Shown here piece after piece: positions 48,893 through 59,120 of a DNA stretch of 64,000 nt (positions are counted from its first letter, which is position 1; each line of letters starts with the position of its first letter). Source of the DNA: a virus; the IMG/VR virus record IMGVR_UViG_3300025151_000019, positions 1 through 64,000 of that record; one strand, given 5' to 3'. Under the pieces are notes generated by a model. It ran no database searches. It was given only the letters and a program-made list of their open reading frames with translations, and was not told the DNA's origin. The translations under genes and the position numbers were made by a program.

Positions 48893-50423
48893 CTTCTTTC
48901 ACCTTTAATTTTACATATGTTTTTGTTTTTCTAACCTCTTCAAATAGATGCTTTACACTTTCCCAATGGCGATAAAATTTATTCCTTCCACATTGTTCAT
49001 TCTTTCTGAATGCTTCAATCATTAAACGCTTATCAACCCAACCCGCACTACCATCAATGGTCGTCTTTGGTTGTGTAGTATTGTAGGCGTTAATAAACAT
49101 TTTCTCGTTATTCTTGTCAGCCATACGCTTGGGTCGCTTTTTCAGTTTCTCTTCAAACCATTTTGTGATAGAGTCAAAAGATTGGTCGGTCAATCTCCTA
49201 CCTTGATTAATGTGGCGGGCAGTAATTTTATGACTTCTTTCACTAATAGCACAAAGGGCGGCGGCAATACAAATGTTGTTAATCATGTTCATAAAGAAAG
49301 TATTAATAGCAACATAAATATTATCGTCAAAGGTATTCATGTATTTTTTCATAGCAGACCAAACAATCTTGATTGCACCTTTGGCTTCGGGGGTCATTAT
49401 CAGAACCCTTCTCTTATCGCCATCAACCTTTTCTAATCGCTCTTGAACCCACTTGTATGAAGAGTAAAGCATTTCAGCAAACTCTTCTTGGTATGGTGCC
49501 GCCCCTCCATCATCTTCAACAATTTCTCCAATCATGTCCAAATAATCTTCTTCCATCTGTCTCCTCAAAGACTCAGGGATTTCACGAACATAAAGCCACA
49601 TACGCTGAAAAACACCCTTTGTTAAGATAACTCTTTCCAATCCTTCGGGCGGTAGCGTCGTAGCCCAAAGAGAGCGTTGCGAATCAACAATCAAATCTCT
49701 CCCAAAGTTAGTCAAACGCTTCTTGATTAGATGTGATTTAGAATCAAGACGGTTCATAAACTTCTGAAACAGCATGACTGTTTCTTGTTTGTGTTGCGAC
49801 TCCTTGAAAATACCAGAATGCTCAAACTCATCAAAAGCAATAATACCAGAACCATACAAACTCCCATAAATTGTTTTATCAATTGTTTCGGGAATATCAT
49901 AATCCTCACCATCTGCTTCTGCGGCTCTTTTATCAGCCCTACTAAAATCAGGATTAGGGGCATCAATTTGCATTGTCCCTAACAATCCTTGGTCGGTAAA
50001 ACTGTCTGGGTTTTCAAGAGTAAAATGCTTTACACCTGTAAGTGGCGTTTGGTCTTGTGTTGTAGGCCAAGCATTAATCAAATCAAAGGTCTTAGACCAG
50101 ACAGGCTCAAGGAAATCAAACATGGTTGTTTTACCACTTCTTGATGTTTGAATCCAACAAAAATGAATCCTTGGTTCAAGTGCAAGTCTCCCAACAGGAA
50201 TTCTAACTACATCCTTTAGAATCTGCCCTAAAGTTACAAAGTATGACATTTGTGCTGGATATTCATTGTGGAGAGAAAACTCTCCCACTACATCTGTCCA
50301 TTTATTTACACTCTTAGGCAACTCTACTTTCTTTGAACGAATTGTTTCAAGTCCACTTTCCGTGTCAGTAATTTTAGCCAAAGCATCATACATTTCCCAT
50401 TCATCTACATTTAAATCTTCCAT
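48885..50423 (-). CDS. Divergent MCM-like AAA+ helicase
   Basis: SRSGKTT, IIAFDE, LWATT, GVFQR; next to primase. Confidence 0.65.
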   Translation of the reverse strand: MEDLNVDEWEMYDALAKITDTESGLETIRSKKVELPKSVNKWTDVVGEFSLHNEYPAQMSYFVTLGQILKDVVRIPVGRLALEPRIHFCWIQTSRSGKTTMFDFLEPVWSKTFDLINAWPTTQDQTPLTGVKHFTLENPDSFTDQGLLGTMQIDAPNPDFSRADKRAAEADGEDYDIPETIDKTIYGSLYGSGIIAFDEFEHSGIFKESQHKQETVMLFQKFMNRLDSKSHLIKKRLTNFGRDLIVDSQRSLWATTLPPEGLERVILTKGVFQRMWLYVREIPESLRRQMEEDYLDMIGEIVEDDGGAAPYQEEFAEMLYSSYKWVQERLEKVDGDKRRVLIMTPEAKGAIKIVWSAMKKYMNTFDDNIYVAINTFFMNMINNICIAAALCAISERSHKITARHINQGRRLTDQSFDSITKWFEEKLKKRPKRMADKNNEKMFINAYNTTQPKTTIDGSAGWVDKRLMIEAFRKNEQCGRNKFYRHWESVKHLFEEVRKTKTYVKLKVKEDE

Positions 50424-51100
50424 TAATATTTCACCTCTTCTTCTGTATTCAACGCCTTTAGAATATTGTATGCGGTTTTATTCCCAATACCTTTTAATTT
50501 GGTTATGTCTGGAATATTAGCCATTGATAATTCTGCAATACTTCCAAAGGTCTTTAGTAAGGCTTTTGCTTTTTCAACTGAAACGCCTTTGATTTCAGTC
50601 AATATGTCTACTCTAACATCATCTGTTTTTATTTTCTTCGGTAATTCTTTGTGTATAACTAATTCTTTGTCTATATGTTGTGTGGTTGCTACTATAATAT
50701 GTGATGCTGTCTTGTAATTATCTACCCAGATTGGTTTAACATCGGTGTGTAATGCAATAGAGGTTATTGCCCCTACAAACATTTTCTTAAGTTTGACTCT
50801 CCAAGCGGGTGAATTGTGTTGTGTTCTTTGTAAATATGAAATTGCGTCGTCTAATGTTCCGTAAATTAAAATAATGTTTTTATTATAGGCCCTGTCCATA
50901 TTATCTAATTGATTAAAAATTCTTTTGTTTCTTATTGATTGCAAAAAGTCTGCGGCTGATTTTGCCTCAATGCAACAATCTCCAATTACATAATCTCCTA
51001 TCTCTAACCATTTCTTTTCTGTTTCAATCTTTTTTCTTTCGGCAATAGTTTCTACTGCTCTACTTAACTGTGAATCTTCTCTACTGTCAATAATAATCAT
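50423..51100 (-). CDS. ERCC4/XPF-family nuclease with HhH repeats
   Basis: IIIDSRE, GDYVI, IEAKS..DF..SI, IKGV/LKGIG HhH motifs. Confidence 0.9.
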   Translation of the reverse strand: MIIIDSREDSQLSRAVETIAERKKIETEKKWLEIGDYVIGDCCIEAKSAADFLQSIRNKRIFNQLDNMDRAYNKNIILIYGTLDDAISYLQRTQHNSPAWRVKLKKMFVGAITSIALHTDVKPIWVDNYKTASHIIVATTQHIDKELVIHKELPKKIKTDDVRVDILTEIKGVSVEKAKALLKTFGSIAELSMANIPDITKLKGIGNKTAYNILKALNTEEEVKY

Positions 51101-52134
51101 TCTCCATACCTCCAACATTTACCTACACAAAGACCTTCTTCAATCAATGTTTCACAATGAGGAGACATGTATCTTTTATCTACAATGAACGATACTTGTT
51201 CCTGCGTGGTATACTGATTGTAATCAATCCAAATGTCTTCATTAGAAGCAATCAATTTAATCTCATTACAGATAATTGCTTTTATGTCAATTAAGGAATC
51301 GCCAGATAATTGCCTCGGAGTGCATTTAAGTTCATTTTTCATGATTGCATATTCTGATAAAAACTCGTTATACCATTGAACAAGTAAAACTCTCGCACGA
51401 TGATTAGGGTTTTCAACCATTATAGCATTTTTAAGACACGGTAAAATAGGTAAATCACCAGGACTTTCAACACTATGAATTTCAACTTCCATGTTTTCCA
51501 TCTTTTTAACAGACGGCCAAGACACTAAACGGTGTCCGAAAACCGTAGGCTTTTCTTTAACAGGTCCATTTTTAGATAATTTTAGGATGTTTGCTATTCC
51601 AGAAGAAATTGTTTTATCCGTAAGCGGAATACACCAACGACCAGCACCCAGATGATATGTATTTTGAACCCTTCTTAAACGACCAGTATTAATAACAACA
51701 GTATCAAGGTAGGGACTTTTATCAATAACATCATGACATATGTTAAAAAATGCTTTGATTTCACGAAGCGACCTTGCTTGAATACCATAAACAAACATAT
51801 GAAAACCACGACCTGAAAAGGAAACCGTGTGTTTGTATTTCTTTTCTAAAAGCCAACGGTGCAAAACGAGCATATGTTCATATAGGTCGCCCAATTCTTC
51901 TTCATTTCCATGAGCATCAAAATCAAGAAAGATTCTATCAAGAATAATTGAGTATTCAAGACCACGATTATTTGAGAAATGTTCATAATCATAAACAGAA
52001 GTAAAGACATTCATCTTACCATTATAGATTGAAATAAAATCCTTATACTCTTTTAGATTTTTTACAACAATTCGGGAAGGTTCTCTTGCTCTATTACGCA
52101 AACTGCCTGCCCACATTTCTCTCGGAAAATACAT
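51097..52134 (-). CDS. Archaeo-eukaryotic primase, PriS-PriL fusion
   Basis: FLDFD, FSGRGFH, RLRRV; C-terminal LPCL..NHRAR..HCETL..CVGKC Fe-S-like module. Confidence 0.88.
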   Translation of the reverse strand: MYFPREMWAGSLRNRAREPSRIVVKNLKEYKDFISIYNGKMNVFTSVYDYEHFSNNRGLEYSIILDRIFLDFDAHGNEEELGDLYEHMLVLHRWLLEKKYKHTVSFSGRGFHMFVYGIQARSLREIKAFFNICHDVIDKSPYLDTVVINTGRLRRVQNTYHLGAGRWCIPLTDKTISSGIANILKLSKNGPVKEKPTVFGHRLVSWPSVKKMENMEVEIHSVESPGDLPILPCLKNAIMVENPNHRARVLLVQWYNEFLSEYAIMKNELKCTPRQLSGDSLIDIKAIICNEIKLIASNEDIWIDYNQYTTQEQVSFIVDKRYMSPHCETLIEEGLCVGKCWRYGE

Positions 52135-52581
52135 TCATACCATCCCTGCTTTTTTCTTTTCTTCTTCGGACATTAATTTAGTGTCCTGTCTAATTCTTTC
52201 TTTTAGAGTCATTACCTTAGGCTCAGTCTCCACCATATTTGTTGTATCTGTCTCCACCTGTCTTTTAACAGGTTTTTGAATTTCTTCAGTCTCTTCAAAA
52301 TCTTTTTCACCACCAAAATCAACAGTTGCTGTCTTTAGAAAACTTGTTAATACAAATGAAACCATACTGTTTAGTTCCTTTCTAAGATGTGCAGACATAT
52401 CATTTGCTAAATCCGATTGCTTAAGAATGTCCCATTTAGTGCTACTGTCCATATCATTAATTAAACTATCAACGATAGATACAGTTATTTCATCAGCATT
52501 AAGAATGTCATTGATAGTCCATATCCTTTGCTGAATTGCCTTTTCAATAAGACCACTTTTTAGAAATTTAGAACCAGTCAT
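52135..52581 (-). CDS. Hypothetical protein
   Basis: Start moved to MTGSKF to limit overlap with the Cas4-like gene. Confidence 0.65.
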   Translation of the reverse strand: MTGSKFLKSGLIEKAIQQRIWTINDILNADEITVSIVDSLINDMDSSTKWDILKQSDLANDMSAHLRKELNSMVSFVLTSFLKTATVDFGGEKDFEETEEIQKPVKRQVETDTTNMVETEPKVMTLKERIRQDTKLMSEEEKKKAGMV

Positions 52582-53470
52582 ATTGGTCGCCCCCGTCTGC
52601 CGCTTCACAATGGTCATAATGTCCACAATGAATACACTTCTTGTAAAAGAAAGATGCCTTGAAATCGTTTTCCATATACGCTTCAATCAACTTATCAATA
52701 GACCTCAATACAGCAGTTTCGGAACGCTTACTAACCTTTTCAGCATAAACATAATTAGATGCTGGATAATACCAAGCCCAATGGGTAAATTGAATATTAG
52801 GGTCAAGACCATTTTCAATAAGCAACTCTCTATCAGCGTTATCAAAGAGCAACTTATAGAAAGCCATCTCTTTACGCATCATTGTTTTCTTACTGTCTTT
52901 CCAAGCACCAGTTTTTAATTCCATAGGAATATAACCATTGTCCTCAAAAAACAATCTATCAATAATACCCTGAAGGTGAACTGTAATTCCACTTTCGGTT
53001 GTGAACTTGGCATCCAACTTAATCTCATTTCCAATAGGTATAAATGTATCAAGTGTATCATCCTCATTACATTCAATGAATCTCTCAGTATTATATGCTG
53101 ACATAGCCGTATAAAGAACTTCGTATTCCTCGTTATCTGTTTCTGGGTAAAGACTTCTGAAATGCTTTTGTAATTCCATAGGGTCTTTGACTAATTTTTT
53201 TGCGTCGTCAATCTTAACAATCTTCCAAAATTCTTCTTGTGCGTTGTGAACAATAGTTCCTTTAATCATCGCAGGGGAAGTTTTCTGTTTAATGCTCTCA
53301 ATGTAGTTATACCTATAAGACAAATTACAGAAGTTAAAAGTTCCAATAGAAGATTTAGTAATCTTCAACATCGGTCCTTCTTCATTATTTGGTTCCCATA
53401 AATATGTATATTCTCCGTTTTCTGTTCTCAATTCAATCACCTTTTCTTTTGTTTTGTCGGGAAGAATCAT
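52568..53470 (-). CDS. Cas4/AddB-like PD-(D/E)xK exonuclease
   Basis: FC, GTIVH, GIIDRL, ELKTG, CIHCGHYDHC. Confidence 0.88.
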   Translation of the reverse strand: MILPDKTKEKVIELRTENGEYTYLWEPNNEEGPMLKITKSSIGTFNFCNLSYRYNYIESIKQKTSPAMIKGTIVHNAQEEFWKIVKIDDAKKLVKDPMELQKHFRSLYPETDNEEYEVLYTAMSAYNTERFIECNEDDTLDTFIPIGNEIKLDAKFTTESGITVHLQGIIDRLFFEDNGYIPMELKTGAWKDSKKTMMRKEMAFYKLLFDNADRELLIENGLDPNIQFTHWAWYYPASNYVYAEKVSKRSETAVLRSIDKLIEAYMENDFKASFFYKKCIHCGHYDHCEAADGGDQYDWF

Positions 53471-53949
53471 TTCCTCCCTTTCTCTTTTTTTAGTTCGTCA
53501 ATGTAATGACTTGCCTCCTGTCGTGTATTGATACCTTCCATATCTCCACCAAGTTTCTTAATGAACTTAATTTGATTTTCAGTAGGCTCTTTATCTGCGT
53601 TTTCTTTGGAGACTTTCTTTGTTGCACTTTCTAAGTTTGACCTTAACATAGATGCAGTAGTTAAATCATGACAACGCTTACATAACTCAACTACATTAGA
53701 CCTTGCACTAATTAGATGGTCTAAACCTTCTTTTTTGCATTTGTGTTGTGAAATAATGTGGTGCCATTCGGTATAACCGTCTTTAGGTGTGCAACCACAA
53801 ATAGTGCAAGAGCCTTTTTTGACCCATAGTTTTTGTTCTTCTTCTTGTAGTTCTACAAGTTTTATTTCTAATGAATCATATGTGTCTGATAGCAATTGCA
53901 TCTCACTTTTGATTTCTAATATTTTCTTAATATTACTTTTACTTCTCAT
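53467..53949 (-). CDS. HNH-family protein
   Basis: CTIC..EWHHII..NVVELCKRCH. Confidence 0.8.
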   Translation of the reverse strand: MRSKSNIKKILEIKSEMQLLSDTYDSLEIKLVELQEEEQKLWVKKGSCTICGCTPKDGYTEWHHIISQHKCKKEGLDHLISARSNVVELCKRCHDLTTASMLRSNLESATKKVSKENADKEPTENQIKFIKKLGGDMEGINTRQEASHYIDELKKEKGRK

Positions 53950-53950
53950 T

Positions 53951-56353
53951 TTACCACCAACTATCTAATGTAGTCTGTCGGCCTTCATTGGCTATTCCCA
54001 TTAAATCCCACCTTAGAGATTCATAAATCAATTTGACTTTCTTCACAATTTCAGATTCAGCAAGTCTATTCCAATTGATAGGATAGAAGTCTTCTACTTC
54101 TTCATACTTCTTAAATGCAATATACTCAACATTCCTTGTTTTATCACCAACATTGTATTTTGTTGGATATTTTTTAATACGCTTATTATCTACATTGTAG
54201 TAATAATAACTATCACCAACCTCAATCGTTCCAATTTGTTCATTATAAATTAGAACACCAGCAGAACCACCAGCGATTGATTCATATTCATCTAATGACT
54301 TTCGCAATCGGGTTCTCTTAATGACGGATTTAGGGTCATACTTTCCGTTCTTTACAAGTTTATACATGGCTCTTGTATATTTAGTGACTTCATTTTCATC
54401 TTTTCCAGATGCTACCATTTCAAGCACCTGTTTTTGAACCTTTTTAGCCAACTTGGTTTCGTTAGATTTTTTCATTTCAAAGCCCATAACGAAAAATTGT
54501 TTTTCAGAAATAGTTTCGCCTTCTTTCCAACTCAGGAATCCACAGTAGCGATTCTTTTTCTTAGATAAAAAGAAGGTTTCTGCATACTTCTCAAACTCCA
54601 AAACTACATTGTCATTGAACACTTCTTTTTGGATGTATTCATTTAACTTAATACACAATTGTTCGGCATCTGCAATATCCTTTACCTTCACAAAGATTGA
54701 ATCCGTGTGTCCATAGATAACCGAATAACCCAACTCTTGAGACTTGAATGCAACACTTCTCATAGCCTCTCTCGCTGAAGCCGTAATTGCTTGAGCCATT
54801 TCCATATCTCCCCATCCATAACCGTCTTTCGCCAAAACGCCATAGAGAGCGTTCACACCACGCTTTGTAGCCATTTGTGCTGAATCCCACTTTCGGTATT
54901 CCTCATCATTCTTGGCCTCCTTTCGCTTCTTCTTGTATTCATCACGCAACTTCATTAGGGTCAAAACCGCCTTCGGCAACACGCCCAATGAATCCTTCGT
55001 AAAGGAAACACTTGGTTTATCTGGTTTGTATGCTACAAGATTTTTAGGTGTTGGAAAGTATACTTTGTGAGCATCTTGGTTTTGAGTTTTTGTTTCCCAT
55101 GAAATGTTTCGTGCGGCCATCATGCTTGGGTATAGAGATTTAAAATCAAAGATGGCTACATTTTCATGTCTTCCATAAGTGTCTTCTTCATCTGGGTCCA
55201 TAACGAAAGCCGCTTCATATTTTGTTTTATTACCTTTAACTCCTGTCGGTGCTTTCCAATCCGAATGACGCATAAAATATGCCGCACCCATTTGTGAATT
55301 ATGGAACACGCATTCAAATGGACAGATAAATAACTGCTGAAGTGCAATATCATTCTGTGTGATGTTCATCTCATTATCCATGCGAACCATCAATTCTACA
55401 TCCACTCGGTTATACTCAAGGAATGTTTCACTATCTTCTAACCAAGAACGCAGAAAAAATTCATCCTCATCAAATTTAGATGTTTTAGAAACTTTACCTG
55501 CGTCTTCACCAAGCACTAACTTGGAACAGTCGTCTAATTTAAGAGATGGTAGTGTTCCTCTTTGTGCATCAAGCCAAAGTCGTTCAAAGCGAGTCATTAG
55601 ACAATAGGTAATTCTACCCTTAATAGGTTGAGCCGCATTAGTGTAATTGATATTGTATAATTTAGTGTCAGACACTCCACGCACTTCACGATGAGGACTT
55701 AACTTTCGTGGGCTAATATCATTAAGATGCATTCTTTCAATAATCTTAGGAATATCAAAACCAAGAAGATACCAACCAATAATCATATCTGGGTCTTTTT
55801 CTTGGACGAATGCAACAAACGCTTCTAACAAATCATGCTCATCCTCATAGACCAATACCCCATCATATTCTGGAAGAGGTTCTTGTGGAAAATGAGTCAT
55901 AACAAAGTATTCCTTATCATAAGAATCATAGAAAGTTAATGCGTTAATTTGACCATCATAACGACCACCGACTTGTGTTTCAATATCAAGATACCATTTA
56001 CGCATATTATATTCAGGAATTTCTGTAAGCACATCATTAGCATATTTACGGGCAAGTGAAATATCACCTTCATATGTATAGTCCCAAAAATCACGGGCTT
56101 CATATAAGTCCTGTGTAGTGTTAAATGAAACCTTAATTAACTCACGGTTATCAAGAGAATGATAATCACCAAAGTTATACTGAGGCTTAATATTCTCCAT
56201 CCAACGCTTTTTAGTAGGAATAGTAGTGGGCATTTCACTACCTTTCCTAATATAAAAATAAGGCTTAAAAGTTGTAATACTACTTGTCATTCTTTTTCCT
56301 TCTTCATCTCTCCATCTAAGTTCAACATTGCTTCTTGCATCACTAATAATCAA
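53951..56353 (-). CDS. polB: Family B DNA polymerase
   Basis: DIET, DFKSLYPS, KRGVNALYG, YGHTDS; C-terminal PIP box QTTLDSWW. Confidence 0.96.
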   Translation of the reverse strand: MIISDARSNVELRWRDEEGKRMTSSITTFKPYFYIRKGSEMPTTIPTKKRWMENIKPQYNFGDYHSLDNRELIKVSFNTTQDLYEARDFWDYTYEGDISLARKYANDVLTEIPEYNMRKWYLDIETQVGGRYDGQINALTFYDSYDKEYFVMTHFPQEPLPEYDGVLVYEDEHDLLEAFVAFVQEKDPDMIIGWYLLGFDIPKIIERMHLNDISPRKLSPHREVRGVSDTKLYNINYTNAAQPIKGRITYCLMTRFERLWLDAQRGTLPSLKLDDCSKLVLGEDAGKVSKTSKFDEDEFFLRSWLEDSETFLEYNRVDVELMVRMDNEMNITQNDIALQQLFICPFECVFHNSQMGAAYFMRHSDWKAPTGVKGNKTKYEAAFVMDPDEEDTYGRHENVAIFDFKSLYPSMMAARNISWETKTQNQDAHKVYFPTPKNLVAYKPDKPSVSFTKDSLGVLPKAVLTLMKLRDEYKKKRKEAKNDEEYRKWDSAQMATKRGVNALYGVLAKDGYGWGDMEMAQAITASAREAMRSVAFKSQELGYSVIYGHTDSIFVKVKDIADAEQLCIKLNEYIQKEVFNDNVVLEFEKYAETFFLSKKKNRYCGFLSWKEGETISEKQFFVMGFEMKKSNETKLAKKVQKQVLEMVASGKDENEVTKYTRAMYKLVKNGKYDPKSVIKRTRLRKSLDEYESIAGGSAGVLIYNEQIGTIEVGDSYYYYNVDNKRIKKYPTKYNVGDKTRNVEYIAFKKYEEVEDFYPINWNRLAESEIVKKVKLIYESLRWDLMGIANEGRQTTLDSWW

Positions 56354-56568
56354 TCTATCACATCCATTTCTAATAGTCTATCATGTAGGTATTGACATTG
56401 TTCAGGTAATACATGACATTGACCACTTGCTCGGTAGCCGCTAACATAAATAGCAGGCTGTCCTTTGAATATAGGATTCATACAAAGTTTGCATCTCGCT
56501 AACCCTGTTCCTTTCTTTACACCAAATCCAATAGCCATTATATCACAATCCATGAGGTTGTGCTTCAA
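56350..56568 (-). CDS. Small Zn-finger protein (PARP-type-like)
   Basis: ARCKLC..PI.KG...H...C. Confidence 0.5.
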   Translation of the reverse strand: MKHNLMDCDIMAIGFGVKKGTGLARCKLCMNPIFKGQPAIYVSGYRASGQCHVLPEQCQYLHDRLLEMDVID

Positions 56569-57583
56569 TTTGTCCTGCTTGAGTTACTCGGCAAAATTTA
56601 GCATTGTTTCTAAATTCGTTTAGGTCAATAGCACCAACATAACTCATTGACGACCTAACACCATCATTAATATCCTGAACAATCCTACTTACCTTACCCT
56701 TGTAAGGAGTAATCTTTGAATTACCTTCAACATTTTTAACCTCTTCACCACGAGCAACTTTAGATTCAATAGATGCAGACCCTTGATACTTTTTGAATAG
56801 TTTCTCATTAGGCCATTTACCCGTTTTAGCAATAGAACCTGGAGTTTCTTTTGTTCCTGAAAACAAAGAACCAATCATAACTGCATCAGCACCAAGAGCC
56901 AAAGCCTTAGCAACATCACCTGTTGTTTTAATTCCACCATCAGCAACAATAGCAACATCCAATAATTCTTCTTCAAGGAAAGAGAAAATGTCATTAAGAG
57001 CCGTTGCTTGAGGAACACCTACTCCAGCCCTAATGCGAGTTTCACACATTGAACCATTACCAATACCGACTCTAAGTGTATCAGCACCTTCTTTAATTAA
57101 GTCCATAGCACCAGCCTTAGAAACAATATTACCTACCATGACATGAATATCAGGATATTCAGATTTAATATAACTCGTCATTTCCATAGGAAGAGAATGA
57201 TGCCCGTTAGCAACATCAATACAAACACCGCCAACTTGAGTATATTTAAGCAACTTGTCCAGCCTTTCAATACCGTTATTGCCGACACCAATGGCCGCCA
57301 TATAATTTTGAACACCGTTAGCATCAATTTCATCACACATATCAACCTGTTCATCTACACTTTGGAAACGATGCAAAACACCCATTCCTCCAAGTTTAGA
57401 TAATTCAACGCACATATTAACGCCACAAACCGTGTCCATTGGAGAAGCAATAAGAGGTGTAGCAAGAGAATATTCTCCAATATTGGTGTATAATTCGCAT
57501 TCAGCACGACTACCAATACCAGACCATGTAGGTATAATACTAATGTCGTCATAAGTCAAACTCATTCTTTCTTCAATTTTCAT
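56543..57583 (-). CDS. IMPDH/GMP reductase family oxidoreductase without CBS domains; GuaC-like
   Basis: SPMDTV, IDVANGH, GIGNGSMCETR, ADGGI, YQGSAS...KNVEG. Confidence 0.9.
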   Translation of the reverse strand: MKIEERMSLTYDDISIIPTWSGIGSRAECELYTNIGEYSLATPLIASPMDTVCGVNMCVELSKLGGMGVLHRFQSVDEQVDMCDEIDANGVQNYMAAIGVGNNGIERLDKLLKYTQVGGVCIDVANGHHSLPMEMTSYIKSEYPDIHVMVGNIVSKAGAMDLIKEGADTLRVGIGNGSMCETRIRAGVGVPQATALNDIFSFLEEELLDVAIVADGGIKTTGDVAKALALGADAVMIGSLFSGTKETPGSIAKTGKWPNEKLFKKYQGSASIESKVARGEEVKNVEGNSKITPYKGKVSRIVQDINDGVRSSMSYVGAIDLNEFRNNAKFCRVTQAGQIEAQPHGL

Positions 57584-57846
57584 TTTTTCTCTCTCCCTAA
57601 TACTTTTTCTTCATTAATTTTTAAGTCCCCAAGAACCCATCGGAGGGCATTAATAACTCCCTCTAATCCTTTGTAGTTTCTCATGTGTTTCATAAGAAGC
57701 GGTTTTGGTTTTCTCATTTGTAGTGCCGTTAGATGTTTGTTTTGTTCTCTTTCGGCTTTACTCAATAAGTTTTCTATCTCTTCCCATGTTCTTTCATATG
57801 AAAAGTTTTCACTATCTTGGTGGTCATTCATCTTCTTCATCTCCAT
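57580..57846 (-). CDS. Hypothetical protein
   Basis: ORF in the replication operon. Confidence 0.65.
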   Translation of the reverse strand: MEMKKMNDHQDSENFSYERTWEEIENLLSKAEREQNKHLTALQMRKPKPLLMKHMRNYKGLEGVINALRWVLGDLKINEEKVLGREKK

Positions 57847-58030
57847 ATATTTTGTAGGTCACATTATACATGTAATCTTTGTCGGCTGTTAGTCCTGCAA
57901 GGTTAAATTTTTGATAAACAACCACACCATAATAGCATGATTTACAACACTTACCTTCCATTACAGGTTCGGCGTTGTATGCTTCATCAAGATGTTCTTC
58001 TTTACAGATGCAACATTTATTGCTTTGCAT
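57824..58030 (-). CDS. Small Zn-binding protein
   Basis: CCICK...NAEP..EGKCCKSC; start uncertain. Confidence 0.55.
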   Translation of the reverse strand: MQSNKCCICKEEHLDEAYNAEPVMEGKCCKSCYYGVVVYQKFNLAGLTADKDYMYNVTYKIYGDEEDE

Positions 58031-58235
58031 CCTCATTACCATTTTGTTCAGCCTCCATCTTACAAATTGGACATTCACTTGTAATCAAATCTTTACACCA
58101 TCCACCGTTATGTATGATGCCTGCCGCTTCAATATTCATAGCATTAGCCATATATTGAATCATGCCTGTCATTTGTAAGAGCATATCTAATGGTTCTGCT
58201 CTGCTTTCTTGTTCTTTGTTTTGTTCTTCATTCAT
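58017..58235 (-). CDS. Hypothetical small protein (H..C..CPIC)
   Basis: 72 aa after PCNA. Confidence 0.6.
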   Translation of the reverse strand: MNEEQNKEQESRAEPLDMLLQMTGMIQYMANAMNIEAAGIIHNGGWCKDLITSECPICKMEAEQNGNEDAKQ

Positions 58236-58239
58236 TTTA

Positions 58240-59007
58240 TCAACCTTCTATTCTTGGTGCTCTCAGTAATTTGTAGTCGCCATTGATAACTGAGATTGGC
58301 GATTCATCATTGTATGAAATGTAAGTAATACCAGCCTTTAGGTATTTGAAAAATGGTGCAGAGAACTCAACAATAGCATCTTCACCAACAGATTCCATAG
58401 GCTCAATATCAAATTCAACAGACTCGCTACCTTTAGTAGACGAAATTCTAAGTTCAGTATTAACAACATAAGTCATTTTGTATACTGAATTACCCACAAC
58501 TTCACATTCTTTGAAAGCCTCCACTAAGTCAGCAGTAGGAACTTTAAGACGAGTAGTTAGGGAAGTTCTTGAACTAATAACAACAGGTTCTTCCATGTTG
58601 CGACTCATAGTAATATTAGATACGCTATGGATAATATTATCGTTGTATTGGTGTCGTTCAAGAACAGGCAACTTTACAGACTTCTTTTCTGTGCTAATAA
58701 TAAGTCCATTATCTTCCAATCGGAATAAACAGACTTCATTACTAAGATACTTTAGTAAAATATCCGTATCAATTGCAAAACGCCCTTCAACAGTATTCTC
58801 ATATTCTTCCAGAGAAATTTTATTCTCTACGAATGTTGCAGGGTCAGCATTCCAAATACTACATTTCATCTCTTCAGCATCAACACCCATAACAATAGAT
58901 GAAGATAGAGTGGTTTGTTTGTTATTTGTTCCATAGTTCCACTTTCCTTTAAGCAACACGCTTTCAATTTTTTCTTTCATTTCTTTTCCATTTACTTTAA
59001 ATTTCAT
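58240..59007 (-). CDS. pcn: PCNA-type sliding clamp
   Basis: 255 aa, NADPA-like motif, C-terminal LLRAPRIE; in the RFC/PolB cluster. Confidence 0.85.
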   Translation of the reverse strand: MKFKVNGKEMKEKIESVLLKGKWNYGTNNKQTTLSSSIVMGVDAEEMKCSIWNADPATFVENKISLEEYENTVEGRFAIDTDILLKYLSNEVCLFRLEDNGLIISTEKKSVKLPVLERHQYNDNIIHSVSNITMSRNMEEPVVISSRTSLTTRLKVPTADLVEAFKECEVVGNSVYKMTYVVNTELRISSTKGSESVEFDIEPMESVGEDAIVEFSAPFFKYLKAGITYISYNDESPISVINGDYKLLRAPRIEG

Positions 59008-59021
59008 ATTATCAACTCCTT

Positions 59022-59120
59022 AATGGGGAAACGGCAACGAATTGGAGGCGAATTCGTTGTCAGCAATAAAGCCGTTATTATCTGACTAACCCCAACATTA
59101 GGCTCACACCCTTAGCCTAA
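59022..59120 (-). ncRNA. Structured, pseudoknotted intergenic RNA candidate 5' of PCNA
   Basis: Several complementary pairs read directly from the sequence (see findings). Confidence 0.5.

Noticed and set aside
52415-52445. KWDILKQ in a replication-strand protein (and TWEEIENLL in 57580..57846) as further tag copies
   Set aside because: Internal, outside the head module and plausibly chance; kept as a caveat on motif specificity
52568-53470. Cas4-like gene as a sign of a CRISPR-Cas system
   Set aside because: No repeat-spacer array or other cas genes; solo Cas4-like nucleases are common in viral replication modules
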